Source: Alphaproteobacteria bacterium (lineage in GTDB: Bacteria > Pseudomonadota > Alphaproteobacteria > Micropepsales > Micropepsaceae). From it: a stretch of DNA of 50,649 nucleotides. Of this stretch, positions 29,467 through 39,323 are shown one piece after another; position 1 is the first letter of the stretch; each line of letters starts with the position of its first letter. The position numbers and the translations under genes are program-made. The notes beneath the pieces are model-generated. The model did no database searches and was not told where the DNA came from. It saw only the letters and a list, made by a program, of their open reading frames with translations. The stretch spans positions 1 through 50,649 of the forward strand of contig JAPUEF010000225.1 of the NCBI GenBank assembly GCA_027492655.1. The letters are read 5' to 3'.

Positions 29467-30230
29467 ACGACGCGCCGTCCCCTTCCCCTGACGATCCCCA
29501 CGCGGCTTTCCGCGACGGCTATTTCCAGAAATGGAACTACGCGGACCGGAAACGCGGGCGCTTCTCGATGTACTGGTTCGCGCGGCGCTATTATGCCGCT
29601 CTGGTCAGACGCTATGCGCCCCGGGATCACGGTGGTTTGCTGGAGATCGGCTGCGGCGAGGGCGACCTGCTGGGTTTGCTGCAGGACGACTTCAAGGCGA
29701 TCGGGATCGATGTCGGCCCGGAAGCGGTCGATCTGACACGCCGCGCCGCGCCGCGCGCCGAGGTGCGGTTGCAGAGCGCCGAGGATCTGGCGGACTTTGA
29801 AAGCGGCGCGTTTTCGGCGGTCGTCTCGCTGCATGTGTTCGAACACCTGCGCGATCCCGCCGCCGCGATCCTCGATGTGTCGCGGCTGCTGAAGCCTGGC
29901 GGCCTGTTCCTGTTCGCGACGCCGCAGCCCGATTACGCGATGCGCCGTTTCAAGGACAAAGCCAATGATGCGATCGGCAAGGATCTGACGCATATCAACG
30001 TGCAGCCGCCCGCCGTGTGGCGCGGCTGGTGCGACGCGGCGGGCTTGAACGTCATTCGTCACTTCGCGGACGGATTATGGGACGTGCCATATCTGCCGGC
30101 CGTTCCTACCAAGCTGCAGTTCGCGGTGTTCGGGCTGCCGGCATTGGCGCAGGTTCTGACGCGCACCACGCTCACGCCGCTGTCGATGGGCGTGAACCAG
30201 ATCGTGATCGCGCGAAAGCGCCAGACCTAG
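29463..30230 (+). CDS. Class I SAM-dependent methyltransferase
   Basis: [15 protein letters not shown] and LKPGG motifs; GTGA overlap with accA. Confidence 0.88.
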   Translation: MNDAPSPSPDDPHAAFRDGYFQKWNYADRKRGRFSMYWFARRYYAALVRRYAPRDHGGLLEIGCGEGDLLGLLQDDFKAIGIDVGPEAVDLTRRAAPRAEVRLQSAEDLADFESGAFSAVVSLHVFEHLRDPAAAILDVSRLLKPGGLFLFATPQPDYAMRRFKDKANDAIGKDLTHINVQPPAVWRGWCDAAGLNVIRHFADGLWDVPYLPAVPTKLQFAVFGLPALAQVLTRTTLTPLSMGVNQIVIARKRQT

Positions 30231-32137
30231 ACCGTCACCTGCGCGCCGAGCTCCACCACGCGGCCGGTGGGAATCTGGAAGAAGTCCGTCGCGTTCGTCG
30301 CGTTGCGGTTCAGCGCGATGAACAGTTTGTCCTGCCAGCGCGGCATGCCCGAGCGGCGGTCCGGCACGATGGTGCGGCGGCCGAGGAAGAACGACGTCGT
30401 CATGATGTCGAACTTGAGGCCCTGCTTCTTCAGGCGGGCGAGGGCGCGCGGGACGTTCGGCGTCTCCATGTAGCCGAAATTCAGGATCACCAGAGTCACG
30501 TCGTCGTCGATCTTCTCGACCTTCGCCCGGTTCTCTTCCGAGACGCGCGGATAGGACGAGGTGAAGACCGAGAGCATGATCAGCCGCTCGTGCAGCACCT
30601 TGTTGTGCTTGAGGTTGTGGAACAGCGCCGGCGGAGCGACCTCGGGGTCGTTGGTGAGGAAGATCGCCGTGCCGGGCACGCGCACCGGCGGGCTCTTCTT
30701 CAGCATCTCCAGAAGCTCTTCCAGCTTCATGGATTCGCGCCGCGTCTTGTCCTTCACGATGCGGTTGCCGCGCCGCCAGGTCCACATGACGATGACGAGG
30801 GCTGCGCCCAGCAGCAGCGGCACATACGCGCCGTTCAGCAGCTTGGTGAGGTTCGCCGACAGGAAGGCGAGCTCGATGAACAGGAACGGCGCGACGGTGG
30901 CGATGGCCGCGGCGCGCGAGAATTTCCAGATCCGGCGGACGATGACGTAGAACAGCATCGAGGTGACGCACATCGTGCCGGTCACGGCGACGCCATAGGC
31001 GTGGCTGAGATTAGCCGAGGACTGGAAGCCCAGAACCAGGAAGATCACGCCGATGAACAGGAACATGTTCACCGCCGGCACGTAGATTTGCCCGGCCTGC
31101 GATTCCGAGGTGCGGGTGATGACCATGCGCGGCAGAAGCCCCAGCTGCACCGCCTGCTGGGTCAGCGAGAACGCGCCGGTGATCACCGCCTGGCTGGCGA
31201 TGACGGTGGCCATCGTGGTGAGGATCACCAGCGGCACCAGCCAGCCTTCGGGCGCCATCAGGAAGAACGGGTTGGCGATCGCGTCAGGATGCGCCAGCAC
31301 CATCGCGCCCTGGCCGAAATAGTTGATCACCAGCGCCGGGAAGACGAGCCAGATCCAGGCGGCGCGAATGGGGCCGCGCCCGAAATGGCCCATATCGGCA
31401 TAGAGGCCTTCCGCGCCGGTGACGGCCAGGAACACCGCGCCCAGCACGATGAAGGCGAGCCAGCCGTGCTCGAACAGGAAGCCGAGCGCGTAATGCGGGC
31501 TGAAGGCCCACATGATGTCGGGATCGTCGGCGATGTGGATCGCCCCCAACCCGGCAAGCACCAGAAACCAGACGATGCAGATCGGCCCGAACAGCACGCC
31601 GACCCGCGCGGTGCCGTGGCGCTGCACCGAGAACAGGATGCCGATGATGATGATGGCGAGGGGGATGATGTAGGGGTCGAACGCCGTGGTGATCAGCGAC
31701 AGACCTTCGAGCGAAGAGATGATCGACATCGCCGGCGTCAGGATCGCATCGCCATAGAACAGCGCCGCGCCGATGATGCCCAGCAGAAAGATGGCGAGGG
31801 TCCGCCGGCCATAGGCCTTCTGGGCCAGCGCCATGAGCGAGAGCGTGCCGCCTTCGCCGTTATTGTCGGCCCGGAGGACGAAGATGATGTACTTGATCGT
31901 GACGACGATGGTCAGCGACCAGAAGATCAGCGAAACGAGGCCGATGACCTCGGACCGGGCGAGGATGCCGTCTTCCATCGCCGGGCGCAGCGCCTCGCGG
32001 AAGGCGTAGATCGGGCTGGTGCCGATATCGCCATACACGACGCCGACCGAAGCGATGGTCAAAGCGAGGAAGGAACTCTTGTGGTGATGGCCAGCCTCCG
32101 GCAGCGGGCCGGTGGTCATCGTCTGGGAGTCGTTCAA
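30227..32137 (-). CDS. kup: KUP/HAK/KT potassium transporter
   Basis: GVVYGDIGTSPIYA, ADNNGEGG and YADMGHFG motifs. Start uncertain (TTG 32137 or ATG 32119). Confidence 0.96.
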   Translation of the reverse strand: MNDSQTMTTGPLPEAGHHHKSSFLALTIASVGVVYGDIGTSPIYAFREALRPAMEDGILARSEVIGLVSLIFWSLTIVVTIKYIIFVLRADNNGEGGTLSLMALAQKAYGRRTLAIFLLGIIGAALFYGDAILTPAMSIISSLEGLSLITTAFDPYIIPLAIIIIGILFSVQRHGTARVGVLFGPICIVWFLVLAGLGAIHIADDPDIMWAFSPHYALGFLFEHGWLAFIVLGAVFLAVTGAEGLYADMGHFGRGPIRAAWIWLVFPALVINYFGQGAMVLAHPDAIANPFFLMAPEGWLVPLVILTTMATVIASQAVITGAFSLTQQAVQLGLLPRMVITRTSESQAGQIYVPAVNMFLFIGVIFLVLGFQSSANLSHAYGVAVTGTMCVTSMLFYVIVRRIWKFSRAAAIATVAPFLFIELAFLSANLTKLLNGAYVPLLLGAALVIVMWTWRRGNRIVKDKTRRESMKLEELLEMLKKSPPVRVPGTAIFLTNDPEVAPPALFHNLKHNKVLHERLIMLSVFTSSYPRVSEENRAKVEKIDDDVTLVILNFGYMETPNVPRALARLKKQGLKFDIMTTSFFLGRRTIVPDRRSGMPRWQDKLFIALNRNATNATDFFQIPTGRVVELGAQVTV

Positions 32138-32226
32138 GACACGCTCTTTCTGTGGCCCTATCCCCAAGGCCAAGGCGGCGGAAAATACGCCGCCGCCGTC
32201 AAAAGTCTATCGCAGCGCAACAAATA

Positions 32227-33414
32227 TCAGGCTTGACGGAAGCGACGGAAGAAGCCTTGCACATTCGCGGTAAACAGGGCCGGCTCCTCCATGGCGGCGA
32301 AATGCCCGCCGCGGTCCAGCACTTGGAAATCGACGATATTGTAAGCCCGCTCCGCCCATGAACGGGGCGTCACCGGCAGCGTGTCGATGGGATATTCGGC
32401 ATAGCCGGTCGGCACCTCCACCCGCTCGCCGGGCTTGAGGCGGGCTGAGCCCTCGGCGTGGCCGGCCTTGTAGAGCGTATTGGCCGAATTGATGGTGTTG
32501 GTGAACCAGTAGATCGACAACTGGGTGCAGAAGAGGTCATGGGGGAAGCGTGCCTCCATGCCCTCGAACGGGTGGCCTTTGCGTGTGTCGCCGAGGCGGT
32601 TGTACTTGTCGGCCAGCCAGCCGGCGAGGCCGGCAGGGGAATCGGCGAGGCCGAAGGCGAGCGCCATGGGCCGGGTGGACTGGATGGCGCGATAGCCCTG
32701 TTCCACCTGCCACCAGGCGTTCATGTCCTTTATCCAGGCCGCTTCCTCGGCCGTGACGGGCGGCTGGGCGGCATGTTTCAACTCGGGCCTGAGCGGCAGC
32801 ATGGTGAGGTGGATGGCCTCGACCGCTTCGGGGTGCTGGAGCGCCAGGCGCGAGGTGACGAAGGAGCCCCAGTCGCCGGCCTGCGCGAAATAGGCGCCGT
32901 AGCCCAGAACCTCGCTCATCAGGCTGTGCCACAGCTCGGCGATATAGGCGGGGCCGACCGGCACGGCGGGTTTGGAGGAAAACCCGAAGCCGAGCAGCGA
33001 CGGCACGATCACGTCGAAGGCGTCCGCGATGTCGCCGCCGAACCGCTCGGGATGGGCGAGCGGCTCGACCACATCCAGGAACTCGCGGAAGGTCGAGGGC
33101 CAGCCATGGGTGAGGATCAACGGACGGGCCGTGTCGCCGGAACCTTTTTCGTAGAGAAAATGGATGTCGTGGACGGCGCCATCCGGGCCTTTGATGTCAG
33201 CCAGGAACTGGGGAAAACGGTTCAGCTCCGCTTCGGCGGCGCGCCAGTCGTATTTGTCGCGCCAGTAAGGAACGAGGCGCTGCATATAGGCGAGCGGGGT
33301 GCCGTATTCCCATGTGTCGTTGCCGTCATTCTCGACCGGAAAGCGGACATGGCTGAGGCGGTGGCGCAGATCGCGCCAGTCGGCGTCGGGAATCTCGATG
33401 CGGAACGGCGTCAC
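32227..33414 (-). CDS. Epoxide hydrolase (microsomal type)
   Basis: HGWP, PSL.GFGFS, GDWG and GGHFAAME motifs. Confidence 0.93.
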   Translation of the reverse strand: MTPFRIEIPDADWRDLRHRLSHVRFPVENDGNDTWEYGTPLAYMQRLVPYWRDKYDWRAAEAELNRFPQFLADIKGPDGAVHDIHFLYEKGSGDTARPLILTHGWPSTFREFLDVVEPLAHPERFGGDIADAFDVIVPSLLGFGFSSKPAVPVGPAYIAELWHSLMSEVLGYGAYFAQAGDWGSFVTSRLALQHPEAVEAIHLTMLPLRPELKHAAQPPVTAEEAAWIKDMNAWWQVEQGYRAIQSTRPMALAFGLADSPAGLAGWLADKYNRLGDTRKGHPFEGMEARFPHDLFCTQLSIYWFTNTINSANTLYKAGHAEGSARLKPGERVEVPTGYAEYPIDTLPVTPRSWAERAYNIVDFQVLDRGGHFAAMEEPALFTANVQGFFRRFRQA

Positions 33415-34229
33415 GGGGCGATCGCGCCGCCGGATTCCAGCCGTTTCAGCTCGGCCTCGGCTTCGGCGAGCTTGTCCTTCGCGGCCTGAAGCGCCGCGCC
33501 GGCCTTGGCTTCGCCTTCGTCATCCATGATGACGCGGCCGTTGAGGTCGGCGACGCGGATGAAGTCGATATCGTAAGTCATATCGTTCGCGGCGGCGTCG
33601 CGCGAATTCAGGGCGTTGACGTTGCCGGGTTCGGTGAGATCGGGCGTGACGAAAACGAATTTGGTCTCGCCCGCCGTCACCGCTTCGGCGAATTTGAAGG
33701 TGAAGCGCTGGTCGATCCAGCGCGGGCCATCGCCTCTGGGGCCGATGGTCGCCTGGAAGACGATCTCCTGGATCGCTTCGGACGTGTCGTTCTTCATGTT
33801 GAACGAGAAGAGCGGCGAAGCCTCGCCCGCCGAACCGTCGCGCCAGACGAACTGGGGGTTGAGCAGCGAAATGGCGGCGAGAAAACGCTTCGCGTTTTTC
33901 ACCGCAGCCCGGCCGTCCTCGACGGCTTTCTCGGCCTCCGGAATGGCCGCCTGAAGCGCCGGGATGGTCTCGTCCTTCAGTTCTCTGACGAGGCGGGCGC
34001 GGCCCAGCGCGATGATGTCGTCGGCGGTCTTGCCGGCGATCTCGGAGAGCGGCCAGCCCATTTCTATCGCCGCATCGAAGTCGCGCCTCTTCGCCGGATC
34101 CAGCGTCGCGGCGATGGCGGCGATGGAGGTTTCGGCGGCCTCTTTCGAGGCGCCGTCGATGGTCCGGGGACCGGCCTCGCCGCAGGCGGCGAGCAGCGCC
34201 AGGGCGGCGGCGAGAAGGACGGCGCGCAT
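33411..34229 (-). CDS. Lipoprotein (DUF6694-like)
   Basis: Lipobox LLAAC; IDGAS......SI..I...L.....RDFD.AI; helical coiled segments. Confidence 0.7.
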   Translation of the reverse strand: MRAVLLAAALALLAACGEAGPRTIDGASKEAAETSIAAIAATLDPAKRRDFDAAIEMGWPLSEIAGKTADDIIALGRARLVRELKDETIPALQAAIPEAEKAVEDGRAAVKNAKRFLAAISLLNPQFVWRDGSAGEASPLFSFNMKNDTSEAIQEIVFQATIGPRGDGPRWIDQRFTFKFAEAVTAGETKFVFVTPDLTEPGNVNALNSRDAAANDMTYDIDFIRVADLNGRVIMDDEGEAKAGAALQAAKDKLAEAEAELKRLESGGAIAP

Positions 34230-34233
34230 CGTT

Positions 34234-35397
34234 TCAGTATCCTGCCGCGCGGGCGAAGGCGCGGATATCCTCGACAAGCTGTTCGGGCCGTTCGAGCGCC
34301 GCGAAGTGGCCGCCCCCGTCCATCTCCGTCCAGTGCACCACATTCATCATGCGCTCAACCAGGCTGCGCGGCGGCATGGGGATGATGTCGATGGGGAAAC
34401 GGGCAAGGCCCATGGGCTTCTGGATGCGCGCGCCCGGCGGGACGGCGACGCCGGACTGGTCTTCCAGCAGGCCGCGATAGAGCCAGGTCGCGCTCGCGAA
34501 GGTATCGGTCACGAGATAGATCATCACGTTGGTGAGGATCTGGTCCTTGGTGTAGGCGGCCTCGATGCCGCCATTGCGAAGGTCCGACCAGCCGTGGAAT
34601 TTCTCGGCGATCCACGCGCATGCGCCGACGGGCGAATCCATCATGGCGTAGGCGAGGGTCGAAGGCTTGGTCGCGTGCAGGCGGAAATAAGCGCCCTCTG
34701 CCTCGAACAGCCCGGCGGCCTGCATCGCATGCGCCTTTTCCTCATCGCTCTCCGGCACGACGCCCGGCGCGCGCCAGCCGAGCATGTTGAGATGCGCCCC
34801 GGCGCAGCCTGCACCTTCATAAGCAAGCCAGCCCGAGACCGCGCTGCCCCAGTCGCCGCCCTGCGCGAGATAGGTGTCGTAGCCGAGGCTGCCGGTCATC
34901 AGCGCGTCGAAATAGGTCGCGACCGTGCGCGGGCTGATCGGCTTTTTGGGCTTGCCGGAAAAGCCGTAGCCGGGAAGCGAAGGCACGACGACATCGAAGC
35001 CATCCTCGGCCTTGCCGCCGAAGCGTTCCGGGTGGGCCAGTTTTTCCACGATATGCAGGAACTCGAAATACGAGCCCGGCCAGCCATGCGAGAGGATCAG
35101 CGCGCGGGGCCGGGACTGCGAGCCCTTCTCGTGGACGAAATGGATATCGAGGTCGCCGACCCTGGCGAGATATTGCGGGAAGCGGTTGAGGCCGTCTTCC
35201 GCCGCCTGCCAGTCGAAGCCGTTCCGCCAGTATTCGATGAGGGCGGCCATGAAATCCGGCGCGGCGCCGTAGGACCAGCCGCCGCCCTCCGGCGTGTCCG
35301 GCATCTGGAACGCCGCGACCCTGGCCATGATGGCGTTCAGCCGGGTCTGGGGGACGGCCACTTTGAAGGGGCGCGGCGCAGCGGCGGCGTGAGACAT
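34234..35397 (-). CDS. Epoxide hydrolase (microsomal type)
   Basis: HGWPGS, PSLPGYGFS, QGGDWG and GGHFAALE motifs. Confidence 0.93.
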   Translation of the reverse strand: MSHAAAAPRPFKVAVPQTRLNAIMARVAAFQMPDTPEGGGWSYGAAPDFMAALIEYWRNGFDWQAAEDGLNRFPQYLARVGDLDIHFVHEKGSQSRPRALILSHGWPGSYFEFLHIVEKLAHPERFGGKAEDGFDVVVPSLPGYGFSGKPKKPISPRTVATYFDALMTGSLGYDTYLAQGGDWGSAVSGWLAYEGAGCAGAHLNMLGWRAPGVVPESDEEKAHAMQAAGLFEAEGAYFRLHATKPSTLAYAMMDSPVGACAWIAEKFHGWSDLRNGGIEAAYTKDQILTNVMIYLVTDTFASATWLYRGLLEDQSGVAVPPGARIQKPMGLARFPIDIIPMPPRSLVERMMNVVHWTEMDGGGHFAALERPEQLVEDIRAFARAAGY

Positions 35398-35555
35398 GTT
35401 TCGGGCTTCCTGGACGCTGATTTTCTATGGGAAACAGGCTAGGGCGAGGCTGGGGCCGGGATCAACGCCGCCCGAGACGGGGCTTTGAGAGATTTCCCCA
35501 GTCAATAAACGATTCAATTTTTAATTCTTACCAATCCTTAAGCGTGAGGGCGCAA

Positions 35556-35987
35556 ATGTCACGGGAACCGCCGGGAAAGGTGAAGGTCGTGCTGGTCGCG
35601 GCCTGCGCTCTGATCGACGGGGAGGGCCGTGTGCTGATGGCGCAGCGGCCCGAAGGCAAGGCGCTCGCGGGACTCTGGGAGTTTCCGGGCGGGAAGATCG
35701 AGGGCGGTGAACGCCCGGAAGACGCGCTGGTGCGGGAGCTTCACGAGGAGCTCGGCATCGCAGTCGATCCGGCGGACCTCGAACCCTTCACCTTCGCCAG
35801 CTACGGGTATGAGGGGTTTCACCTTCTCATGCCGCTCTATCTGTGCCGCCGCTGGAAGGGCGCGGCGACGCCGATGGAGAACCAACAGATCGCCTGGACG
35901 GCTTTGGCCGACCTGGCGGCCCTGCCGATGCCGCCGGCCGATGTGCCGCTGGTGGAGGCGTTGAAGCGCAAGGGGGCGCTGGTGTGA
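35556..35987 (+). CDS. mutT: Nudix hydrolase, MutT-like
   Basis: Nudix box WEFPGGKIEGGERPEDALVRELHEELGI; FHLLMPLY and MPPAD motifs. Confidence 0.9.
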   Translation: MSREPPGKVKVVLVAACALIDGEGRVLMAQRPEGKALAGLWEFPGGKIEGGERPEDALVRELHEELGIAVDPADLEPFTFASYGYEGFHLLMPLYLCRRWKGAATPMENQQIAWTALADLAALPMPPADVPLVEALKRKGALV

Positions 35988-36163
35988 TGGTGCGAGTGGT
36001 TCGTTTTCTGAAAGCCTTCGGGCAGAATACGTCGGGCGCGACGGCCATCGAGTATGGCCTGGTGGTGACGTTCATCTCGATCGCGATCATCGCCTCTGTT
36101 CAGGCGGTCGGCGCGAACGTCGTCGCCAGCTTCTACGACGAGATCGTCGCCGCCTTTAAGTAG
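35987..36163 (+). CDS. Flp family type IVb pilin
   Basis: SG|ATAIEYGL prepilin motif with a hydrophobic helix; TGATG overlap with mutT. Confidence 0.88.
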   Translation: MVRVVRFLKAFGQNTSGATAIEYGLVVTFISIAIIASVQAVGANVVASFYDEIVAAFK

Positions 36164-36980
36164 CCGTTTTAGGCTTCAGCGCTTCGGCGAGGCTTACCCG
36201 CGCCGACCCCGGTTTCAGCGCTTTCGGCTGGCTGTCGTGCGGCCGCCATCCCGTCATGGTCAGGAACATGAAGGTCGCGGGCATGCGCCCGTCGGCTTCC
36301 GAGTAGCGTTCGTTGTAGAGCGTCAACGCCCGCGCCAGCGTATCGCGTCTGAACGGCGCGCGGCGGCGGTCGGCCAGCACGTTGCCTTCGCCTGCGCCCT
36401 TCAGATCGATCATCAGCTTCAGCGGGTCGGCATAGCGGACGACCAGGCGATCCGCGTCGGCGACCGGCAAGGCGAACCCGGCGCGCTGCAGCAGGCCGCC
36501 CGCATCGCGCACATCGGCGAAGGGAAAGACGCGGGGGCTCAGGCCGCCGGTCGTTTCGATCTCGGCGTCCGCCATGACGTTGCGCAGCTCGGCAAGCGTG
36601 CCGGCGCCGAACATCACCGCGATGTAGAGACCGTCCGCCTTCAGCGCCTCGCGGGCGCGGATCATCGCGCCGATGGGATCGTTCTCGGCGTGAAGCTCAA
36701 GCAGACTGACGATCAGGTCGAAGCCTTCGCCGCCATCCGCCGAACCGATCCCCCCCAGCTTGCCCGGCGGCAGGGCGGCGGCGATGAGGCCGGTCTCGTC
36801 GCCGGTGATGCGCGCGGCGGGGAAGTCGCGGTTCACGTCGAGCAGTTTTTCGGCGACGAGGCCGGCTGCATAGGCGTGCAGAAAATCGTGCCCGGCGAAG
36901 CGCGCGGCGGCGCGCGCGCGGCGCGCGGCGCGCAGGGCGGGGTCGAAAAGTCGCGGCGGGCCCGCCTCGCCGGCGGTCAT
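36156..36980 (-). CDS. SAM-dependent methyltransferase-like protein (BioC/NDUFAF5-like)
   Basis: DFL, TL.ELR, GG.SPRV.PF, LLQRAGFALPVAD and LKPGSA..SLA motifs. Confidence 0.88.
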   Translation of the reverse strand: MTAGEAGPPRLFDPALRAARRARAAARFAGHDFLHAYAAGLVAEKLLDVNRDFPAARITGDETGLIAAALPPGKLGGIGSADGGEGFDLIVSLLELHAENDPIGAMIRAREALKADGLYIAVMFGAGTLAELRNVMADAEIETTGGLSPRVFPFADVRDAGGLLQRAGFALPVADADRLVVRYADPLKLMIDLKGAGEGNVLADRRRAPFRRDTLARALTLYNERYSEADGRMPATFMFLTMTGWRPHDSQPKALKPGSARVSLAEALKPKTAT

Positions 36981-37001
36981 GGCTTTGCTATGCTCTCACT
37001 C

Positions 37002-37793
37002 ATGGAGCGGGGGCATAGCGCGGGAAGCAGGGGTCTGGCGAGCCTTGCCCGGATGGGGCGGGCGGCGGCGGATGCGCTGTTCCCGCCGCAATGCCCGGGC
37101 TGCGGCGCGCCGACCGGCAGTCCGTCGGCGCTGTGTACGCCATGCTGGGAGACCGCCGGGTTCGGCGCGCCCGCCTGCCGGCGCTGCGCCATCCCGCTGG
37201 ACAGCGAACTGGCCGGCGCGGACGCCGAATGCGCGGCGTGCCTGGCGCGGCCGCCGGCCTTTTCCCGCGCCGCCGCGGCGATGGGGTATGAGGGCGGGCG
37301 CGACATGGTGCTGCGCTTCAAGCATGGCGAGCGCACCGATTTCGTTCCGGCTTTCGCGGCGTGGTTGCAGCGCGCCGGCGCTTCGCTGCTGGCGGAGGCC
37401 GACCTGCTGGCGCCGGTGCCGCTGCATCGCTGGCGGTTGCTGGCGCGACGTTACAATCAGGCGGCGCTGCTGGCCCGCGCGCTGGGACGGCGCTGCGGGA
37501 TTCCGGTTCTGCCGGACGCTCTGGTGCGGACCCGGGCGACCGCCAGCCAGGGCGCAATGGTGTCGGCGCGGGCCAGGCGGCGCAACGTGCTGGCGGCCTT
37601 CGCGGTAAGGCCCGGGGCGCGGGCGGCCATCGAAGGACGGCGCATCGTTCTTGTCGACGACGTGATGACCACCGGCGCGACGCTGGACTCCGCCGCCCGG
37701 GCGCTGCTCCGGGGCGGGGCCGCCGAGGTGAGGGCTTTGGTGCTGGCCCGCGTTGTGCGGCCCGGAGAAGCGCCGATATTCCAGGCACCATGA
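37002..37793 (+). CDS. comF: ComF family protein
   Basis: Four CxxC pairs; PVPLH..R...R.YNQA; PRT motif LVDDVMTTGAT. Confidence 0.92.
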   Translation: MERGHSAGSRGLASLARMGRAAADALFPPQCPGCGAPTGSPSALCTPCWETAGFGAPACRRCAIPLDSELAGADAECAACLARPPAFSRAAAAMGYEGGRDMVLRFKHGERTDFVPAFAAWLQRAGASLLAEADLLAPVPLHRWRLLARRYNQAALLARALGRRCGIPVLPDALVRTRATASQGAMVSARARRRNVLAAFAVRPGARAAIEGRRIVLVDDVMTTGATLDSAARALLRGGAAEVRALVLARVVRPGEAPIFQAP

Positions 37794-38044
37794 AGCCCGT
37801 TACGATCTACACGACCGCCTGGTGTCCTTACTGCCATCGCGCCAAGGCGTTGTTGAACGCCAAGTCGGTTCCGTTCGAGGAAATCGACGTGACGATGGAC
37901 AGCCGCCTGCGTGACGAGATGGAGGCGAAATCGGGCCGCCACACCGTGCCGCAGATCTGGATCGGCGCGACGCATGTGGGCGGATCGGACGACCTCCATG
38001 CGCTGGAGCGCGCCGGCACGCTCGATTCGATGCTGGCGGGTTAG
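37790..38044 (+). CDS. grxC: Glutaredoxin 3
   Basis: CPYC, TVPQI and GGSDD motifs; ATGA overlap with comF. Confidence 0.95.
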   Translation: MKPVTIYTTAWCPYCHRAKALLNAKSVPFEEIDVTMDSRLRDEMEAKSGRHTVPQIWIGATHVGGSDDLHALERAGTLDSMLAG

Positions 38045-38047
38045 GCT

Positions 38048-38863
38048 ATGGCTATTTTCAAGGCGGCGCTGGTGCAGATGCGCTCCAGCGACGACATGGC
38101 GGAAAATATCGCCGACGCCAGTGCGATGATCCGCGAGGCGGCGGGGCTGGGCGCGAGCTATATCCAGACGCCGGAGAATACCTGCCTGATGGCCCCGGAT
38201 GGCGGCGCGAAACTGTCGCTGACATTTCCCGAGGACAAAGATCCGGCGTTGCCGGCGTTCCGCAGGCTGGCCGAAGCGCTGGGCGTCTGGCTGCATATCG
38301 GCAGTCTGGCGATCAAGGTGTCGGACACGCATGTCGCGAACCGCTCGTTCCTGATTTCGCCCAAAGGCGAGATCGCGGCGCGTTACGACAAGGTGCATTT
38401 GTTCGACGTCGATCTGCCGAACGGTGAGGTTTACCGGGAAAGCGCCACGGTCGCGCCGGGCGCGAATCTGGTCACGGCGGAGCTGCCGTGGGGCAGGCTG
38501 GGCCTGTCGATCTGTTACGATCTGCGCTTTCCGCAGCTTTATCGCGCTTTTGGCCAGGGCGGCTGTTCTTTCATCGCCATTCCCGCCGCCTTCACCGAAA
38601 CGACCGGGCAGGCGCACTGGCATGTACTGCAGCGCGCCCGCGCCATCGAGAACGGCGCGTTCGTGCTCGCCGCGGCGCAGGGGGGCGTGCATGCCAATGG
38701 ACGGGCGACCTATGGCCACAGCCTGATCATCGGGCCATGGGGCGAAATCCTGGCCGAGGGCGGCAAAGACCCCGGCGTAGTGATCGCAGAGATTGATCCG
38801 GCCGCCGTTTCCGCGGCGCATGGCCGGGTTCCTTCGCTGCGGCACGACCGGGCCTTCGCCTGA
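38048..38863 (+). CDS. Carbon-nitrogen hydrolase (Nit1-like)
   Basis: TPE, YDKVHLFDV, SICYDLRFP and RARAIEN motifs. Confidence 0.93.
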   Translation: MAIFKAALVQMRSSDDMAENIADASAMIREAAGLGASYIQTPENTCLMAPDGGAKLSLTFPEDKDPALPAFRRLAEALGVWLHIGSLAIKVSDTHVANRSFLISPKGEIAARYDKVHLFDVDLPNGEVYRESATVAPGANLVTAELPWGRLGLSICYDLRFPQLYRAFGQGGCSFIAIPAAFTETTGQAHWHVLQRARAIENGAFVLAAAQGGVHANGRATYGHSLIIGPWGEILAEGGKDPGVVIAEIDPAAVSAAHGRVPSLRHDRAFA

Positions 38864-38903
38864 AGTCATCGCGCGTTCACCTCATGCCCGCTAGGCTCGC
38901 GCC

Positions 38904-39323
38904 ATGATCAGGTACGATCTCAGCTGCCGGAAAGACCACCGCTTCGAGGGCTGGTTCGCCTCGTCGGCGGCGTATGACGATCAGGCCGGGTCGGGCAAAA
39001 TCGCCTGCCCGGTGTGCAATTCGCGCAAGATCGCCAAGGCCCCGATGGCGCCTTCGGTGGCGCGCACGGCGACGACCAAATCCGGCACCAAGGCGCTGAC
39101 GCCCGCCGCGATGCGCGCGGCGCTAGTGGAACTGCGCCGCCATGTCGAGACGAACGCCGAGAATGTCGGCGGCGATTTCGCGGACGAGGCGCGGGCGATC
39201 CATCACGGCGAGGCCGAGGATCGCCCGATCTATGGCGACGCCACGGCGGAAGAGGGCGAGGCGCTGGCCGAAGAAGGCATCAATGTCGCCCGCATTCCCT
39301 GGGTGCCGGTGGGCGACGCCTAG
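38904..39323 (+). CDS. DUF1178 family protein
   Basis: MI.Y.L.C...H.FEGWF, CPVC, K.PMAP and VG..FA.EAR.IH.GE...R.IYG motifs. Confidence 0.9.
   Translation: MIRYDLSCRKDHRFEGWFASSAAYDDQAGSGKIACPVCNSRKIAKAPMAPSVARTATTKSGTKALTPAAMRAALVELRRHVETNAENVGGDFADEARAIHHGEAEDRPIYGDATAEEGEALAEEGINVARIPWVPVGDA

Noticed and set aside
35515-35545. Canonical CtrA box
   Set aside because: The TTAA motifs are 13 nt apart, not 7; kept only as a weak finding.
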